Assembly: GCA_041746575.1 (NCBI GenBank)
Contig: JBGTGT010000101.1
Coordinates: 43,859 to 107,858 of the forward strand
Direction: 5' to 3'
Origin: Microcystaceae cyanobacterium
Lineage (GTDB): Bacteria > Cyanobacteriota > Cyanobacteriia > Cyanobacteriales > Microcystaceae
DNA: 64,000 bases
This document shows positions 60,338-64,000 of the stretch, one piece after another (positions within the stretch are counted from its first letter, which is position 1; the number at the start of each line of letters is the position of its first letter). A model generated the notes under the pieces. It worked only from the letters and a program-made list of their open reading frames with translations. It was not told the DNA's origin and made no database searches. Both the position numbers and the translations under genes were made by a program.

Positions 60338-62503
60338 TTAGCCTCCAGCGGCTTTTAAGGCCATATCCATTAAGGTTTGATGGGTACTTAAATCCTGTTC
60401 GCCTTCCTTGGGAGAACGCTGAATATAAGTGCCGTCCGTCTGCAAATCCCAAGCTTGACGGTTATCTGAAAGCATAATTGCCATAATTTCTTCTAATTCT
60501 TTGGCAATTTTGGGATCTTCAATGGGAGCCACCGCCTCAACACGACGACTGAGGTTACGAGTCATCCAATCGGCACTGCCAATATAAATTTCTTCATGTC
60601 CGCCATTATGAAAGTAAAAAATACGAGAATGCTCTAAATAACGCCCAATAATACTAATTACATTAATATTTTCGCTGACTTTCTCAATTCCGGGTCTTAG
60701 ACAGCAGATACCTCGAATAATTAAATCAATTTTGACCCCCGATTGAGAGGCTTCATAAAGAGCGAAAATAATTTGCGGGTCAACTAAAGCGTTCATTTTA
60801 GCGACAATTCTACCACTTCCCCCGTTACGACAATGTTCAGCTTCTCGTAGAATCATCTCAATCATGCGATCGCGCATATTCACGGGTGCAATCAGCAGTT
60901 TACGATAGGATTTTTGGCGGGAATATCCCGTTAAAAAATTGAATAAATCGGTTAAGTCTGCTCCTAGTTCCTCACGACAACTAAATAACCCTAAATCCGT
61001 GTAAAGTTTAGCGGTTTTCGGATTATAATTGCCTGTGCCAATATGGACATAACGACGAATTCGTTGATTCTCTTTGCGAACGACTAAGATAGTTTTAGTA
61101 TGCGTTTTTAGTCCAACTAAGCCATAAACTACATGAATGCCAAATTGTTCTAGTTTTTTTGCCCAATTGATGTTATTTTCTTCATCGAAGCGCGCTTTTA
61201 ACTCTACTAAGACCGCCACTTGTTTGCCATTTTCTGCGGCCGCTATCAAGGCACCAATAATCGGAGAATCCCCAGACGTGCGATACAAGGTCATTTTAAT
61301 CGCTTGCACTTGAGGATCATAGGCGGCTTGCATGATAAACTGTTGCACTGATGCCGTAAACGATTCATAGGGATGATGTACCAGAATATCCCCTTTGCGA
61401 ATTAGCGTAAAAATATCCTCACCTTCTGTCTGAATCGCCCCGTCTTCGTTGCCGTCGACAAATTCTCTGATATGTTGGAAGGCAGGAGGAACAACGGCAG
61501 TCCAAGGGATATCTTTTAAATGGGGACAGGGCAAACCCATAAAAGAAAAAAGGTCTTTCAAGCCCAATAAACCATCAATATCATAAATATCATCTTCTTT
61601 CAGTCCCAAATCAAAACGAAGTCTTTCCCGAATAGCCGCCGGGGTTGAAGCATGAATCTCTAGACGAACGGCCGGTTTACCAATGCGGCGTTTGCGCACC
61701 TCTTCTTCAATCGCTAACAGTAAATCATCTGCCTCATCTTCTTCAACGGCTAAATCTGCATTACGAGTCACCCGAAAATGATGGCATTCTTGCACAATCA
61801 TGCCCGGAAACAAGGTATCCAGATTATGAGCGATAATTTGTTCGAGGGGAACGCCCGTCCAAATAGCTGTGTGACCATTATAGCGTTGCTGTAGGTCTTT
61901 GGGGAAAGGAACAAAACGGTCAATATTAGATGGAACCTTAACTCTAGCAAAGCTTTCTTGTTGCGTGTCAGGATCTCGTACAACGACGGCTAAATTAAGG
62001 CTTAAATTAGAAATATAGGGGAAAGGATGGCTGGGATCAACAGCCAAAGGTGTTAAAACGGGAAAAATATTCAATTCAAAATAATTCTGCAGATAACTCC
62101 GTTGTTCTTGGTTAAGATCAACATAATCCATTAAATAAATGCCCTGATTGATCAGTTCTTGCCGTAATTCATATTCAAATAAATGGGCTTGACGTTGCAC
62201 ATCGGGTAATAATCGTTCTCGAATGGCAAGCAGTTGTTCTTCGGGTTTACGTCCATCAGGCGGTAATTTGGTCACTTGGGCGGCCACTTGCTGTTTTAAG
62301 GCGGCAACCCGCACCATAAAGAATTCATCAAGGTTAGAGCTAAATATTGCCGTAAATTTGAGTCGTTCGAGCAGGGGGGTTCGTTCATCTAAGGCTTCGT
62401 TGAGAACCCGAGTATTGAATTCTAGCCAACTTAATTCCCGATTAAAATAATATTCAGGGTTTTTTAAATTAATTTCCGTAACGGGGGATTGGATACTGGT
62501 CAT
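60338..62503 (-). CDS. ppk1: polyphosphate kinase 1
   Basis: NRELSWLEFN, NLDEFFMVRVA, HPFPYISNLS, ELKARFDEENN, HIGTGNYN, EHSRI. Confidence 0.97.
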   Translation of the reverse strand: MTSIQSPVTEINLKNPEYYFNRELSWLEFNTRVLNEALDERTPLLERLKFTAIFSSNLDEFFMVRVAALKQQVAAQVTKLPPDGRKPEEQLLAIRERLLPDVQRQAHLFEYELRQELINQGIYLMDYVDLNQEQRSYLQNYFELNIFPVLTPLAVDPSHPFPYISNLSLNLAVVVRDPDTQQESFARVKVPSNIDRFVPFPKDLQQRYNGHTAIWTGVPLEQIIAHNLDTLFPGMIVQECHHFRVTRNADLAVEEDEADDLLLAIEEEVRKRRIGKPAVRLEIHASTPAAIRERLRFDLGLKEDDIYDIDGLLGLKDLFSFMGLPCPHLKDIPWTAVVPPAFQHIREFVDGNEDGAIQTEGEDIFTLIRKGDILVHHPYESFTASVQQFIMQAAYDPQVQAIKMTLYRTSGDSPIIGALIAAAENGKQVAVLVELKARFDEENNINWAKKLEQFGIHVVYGLVGLKTHTKTILVVRKENQRIRRYVHIGTGNYNPKTAKLYTDLGLFSCREELGADLTDLFNFLTGYSRQKSYRKLLIAPVNMRDRMIEMILREAEHCRNGGSGRIVAKMNALVDPQIIFALYEASQSGVKIDLIIRGICCLRPGIEKVSENINVISIIGRYLEHSRIFYFHNGGHEEIYIGSADWMTRNLSRRVEAVAPIEDPKIAKELEEIMAIMLSDNRQAWDLQTDGTYIQRSPKEGEQDLSTHQTLMDMALKAAGG

Positions 62504-62718
62504 AAAGCTTGAATTTTGGGTTGATTAAAGCAGATTGGTCTTATACTATCTTGATCTGTTAGGGGAAAGAATTATCTTAAGGTTAAGAAACGTTTGGATT
62601 TTTGACTTTTGGTTAATTTGCTAATTTCTGGGGCGAGACGCTTTCTTGTCCGTCCATTGTCATTGGTAAAAGAAGAGGGTTAAAGTGGAGAAAACTAAAT
62701 GTATGACGGTGAATCTAT

Positions 62719-63750
62719 ATGAACAAAAAAACCTCAACATGGACAATAACCCCCTTACTGGCTACTTTGTTTTTATCGTCTTGGGGATTTAGCCCTGTTA
62801 ATGCCAAACCCAATCCTACGCCTCCTCCTTCTCAATCTAGCAATCAAGCTCATCCGACTTACGACCAAGCGAAAAAAGATCTGAAAGAAGATGTGTATGT
62901 TATCTACCGTATCACTGAGCGCATTGCCCGGGCGAATAATATTGACCAAACGCCTTGGCGGTTGGTGGCGGTAGATGAATATAATGTCAATGCTTATGCC
63001 TCTGAAATCAATAAAATTTCTCTTTATACGGGTTTATTAGACCAACTAGGTGGTGATTCGTCCGCGATCGCCTGTGTTGTCGGTCACGAAATGGCACACC
63101 ATACAAAACGCCATATTGCGATGGGAGAATCGGAAAAAGCGACCTTAATTGAACAATATCAAAAAGAAGCTGAACAACAGGTATTACAGGAAGCAACCTC
63201 TGCCCAACGAGATGCCACAGGTGCAGCTGTGACAGGGGGAATTTTAGGGACAGTCGGCGGTTTTCTCGGCGGTTGGGGAGGACAAGCGGCCAGAACCGGC
63301 GGTGCGGCGGCCAATGCCCTCGGAAGACAACGATTAAACGATTCTCAAACTCGAATTGAGGCGATTGTTCAGAAAAAACAGCAAGAATTAGAACAAAGAT
63401 TGGCAGAAGAAAGCCGTAACCACGAATTTGAAGCAGATGAAATGGGTTATCAATACATGGCGCAGGCGGGTTTTGATCCCAATGGTTGCCTACGGATGCT
63501 GAGTGTTTTAGGGCGATTAGCGGGGGCTGAATTTGACACGACTCATCCGGCAATTCCTAAGCGGATTGAAAGCATGAAAGGGTTAATGCGACAGTATCCT
63601 TCCCAAACGTTAGCGCAAGAAGGAGACTTAAAATTGCGTACGAGTCAACCGTTAACCTATGAATTGTCGAAAGACCAAGAATCCCTCCGCGTGAATTCTA
63701 GCCATGGGGGGTCAGCGTCTAGCGATATTGAACGAATGTTTGGGCAATAG
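62719..63750 (+). CDS. M48 family metallopeptidase with glycine-zipper insert
   Basis: Signal peptide; NAYA, GHEMAHH, EFEAD, THPA...RI. Confidence 0.9.
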   Translation: MNKKTSTWTITPLLATLFLSSWGFSPVNAKPNPTPPPSQSSNQAHPTYDQAKKDLKEDVYVIYRITERIARANNIDQTPWRLVAVDEYNVNAYASEINKISLYTGLLDQLGGDSSAIACVVGHEMAHHTKRHIAMGESEKATLIEQYQKEAEQQVLQEATSAQRDATGAAVTGGILGTVGGFLGGWGGQAARTGGAAANALGRQRLNDSQTRIEAIVQKKQQELEQRLAEESRNHEFEADEMGYQYMAQAGFDPNGCLRMLSVLGRLAGAEFDTTHPAIPKRIESMKGLMRQYPSQTLAQEGDLKLRTSQPLTYELSKDQESLRVNSSHGGSASSDIERMFGQ

Positions 63751-63945
63751 TTTCACGGCAAGGGGACAGAGGCAAAATTGAAGGTTTCTAGGCTTTTGAA
63801 TTTTCTTCTGTTCCTGTGTAATCGGAGATGATTTTGATAAGTTCTTAAACAAAATTAATTATATAGCAAGTCTAAATCATTTAGATAAATGAGAATGAGA
63901 TGATAAAATCAAAAAAAGATTCACCATCTTGGAGAAAAAAGAAAA

Positions 63946-64000
63946 ATGGAAGACTCTCAGCTATTCAAGTTAGAAGCGATTGCCCAACTACAAGAGTTTG
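63946..64000 (+). CDS. start of an ORF running off the window
   Basis: GGAG upstream; MEDSQLFKLEAIAQLQEF... Confidence 0.45.
   Translation, partial: MEDSQLFKLEAIAQLQEF

Noticed and set aside
63008..63553. 181-aa antisense ORF
   Set aside because: Lies wholly opposite the M48 peptidase; no protein-like features
63861..63890. TATAGCAAGTCTAAATCATTT resembling an IS630/MITE end
   Set aside because: No partner end or transposase visible before the window edge
1..64000. About 30 GCGATCGC octamers
   Set aside because: HIP1 over-representation is standard in cyanobacteria; used as a taxonomic cue and noted only where it forms the core of the cassette repeats

Overview
64 kb of a cyanobacterial chromosome, probably a unicellular Chroococcales-type organism. 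Evidence: about 30 HIP1 GCGATCGC octamers counted by eye, petCA, petN, psbI and the split-intein dnaE-N. Most of the window is ordinary housekeeping and accessory genes (gor, xdhAB, GH116, pepN, cbiD, murG, spmAB, ppk1, several peptidases), plus a Yfr2 sRNA and three small proteins the ORF track missed or mis-started. The main find is a 5.6-kb, integrase-free, four-gene cassette (49294-54937). It is bounded by a 64-bp direct repeat (56/64 identical, with a 26-bp identical core containing HIP1) that duplicates the 3' end of the host gene. It encodes (i) a secreted, repetitive 520-aa protein with no K/R/H/C/W/Y after its signal peptide, (ii) a secreted Asn-rich partner with a beta-hairpin-plus-coiled-coil C-terminus, and, divergently, (iii) a DUF3102 protein fused to a degenerate GGDEF domain that keeps the RxxD I-site and (iv) a Crp/Fnr regulator. 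My inference is an undescribed c-di-GMP-controlled surface-fibre or matrix module. Also notable: a decaying defence islet (DUF6883/DUF4926 pair, an mrr gene hit by two tandem duplications, a relBE scar), a cytoplasmic EEP + DUF2278-LTD operon, and several gene scars. All family calls are by motif recognition; no searches were run.
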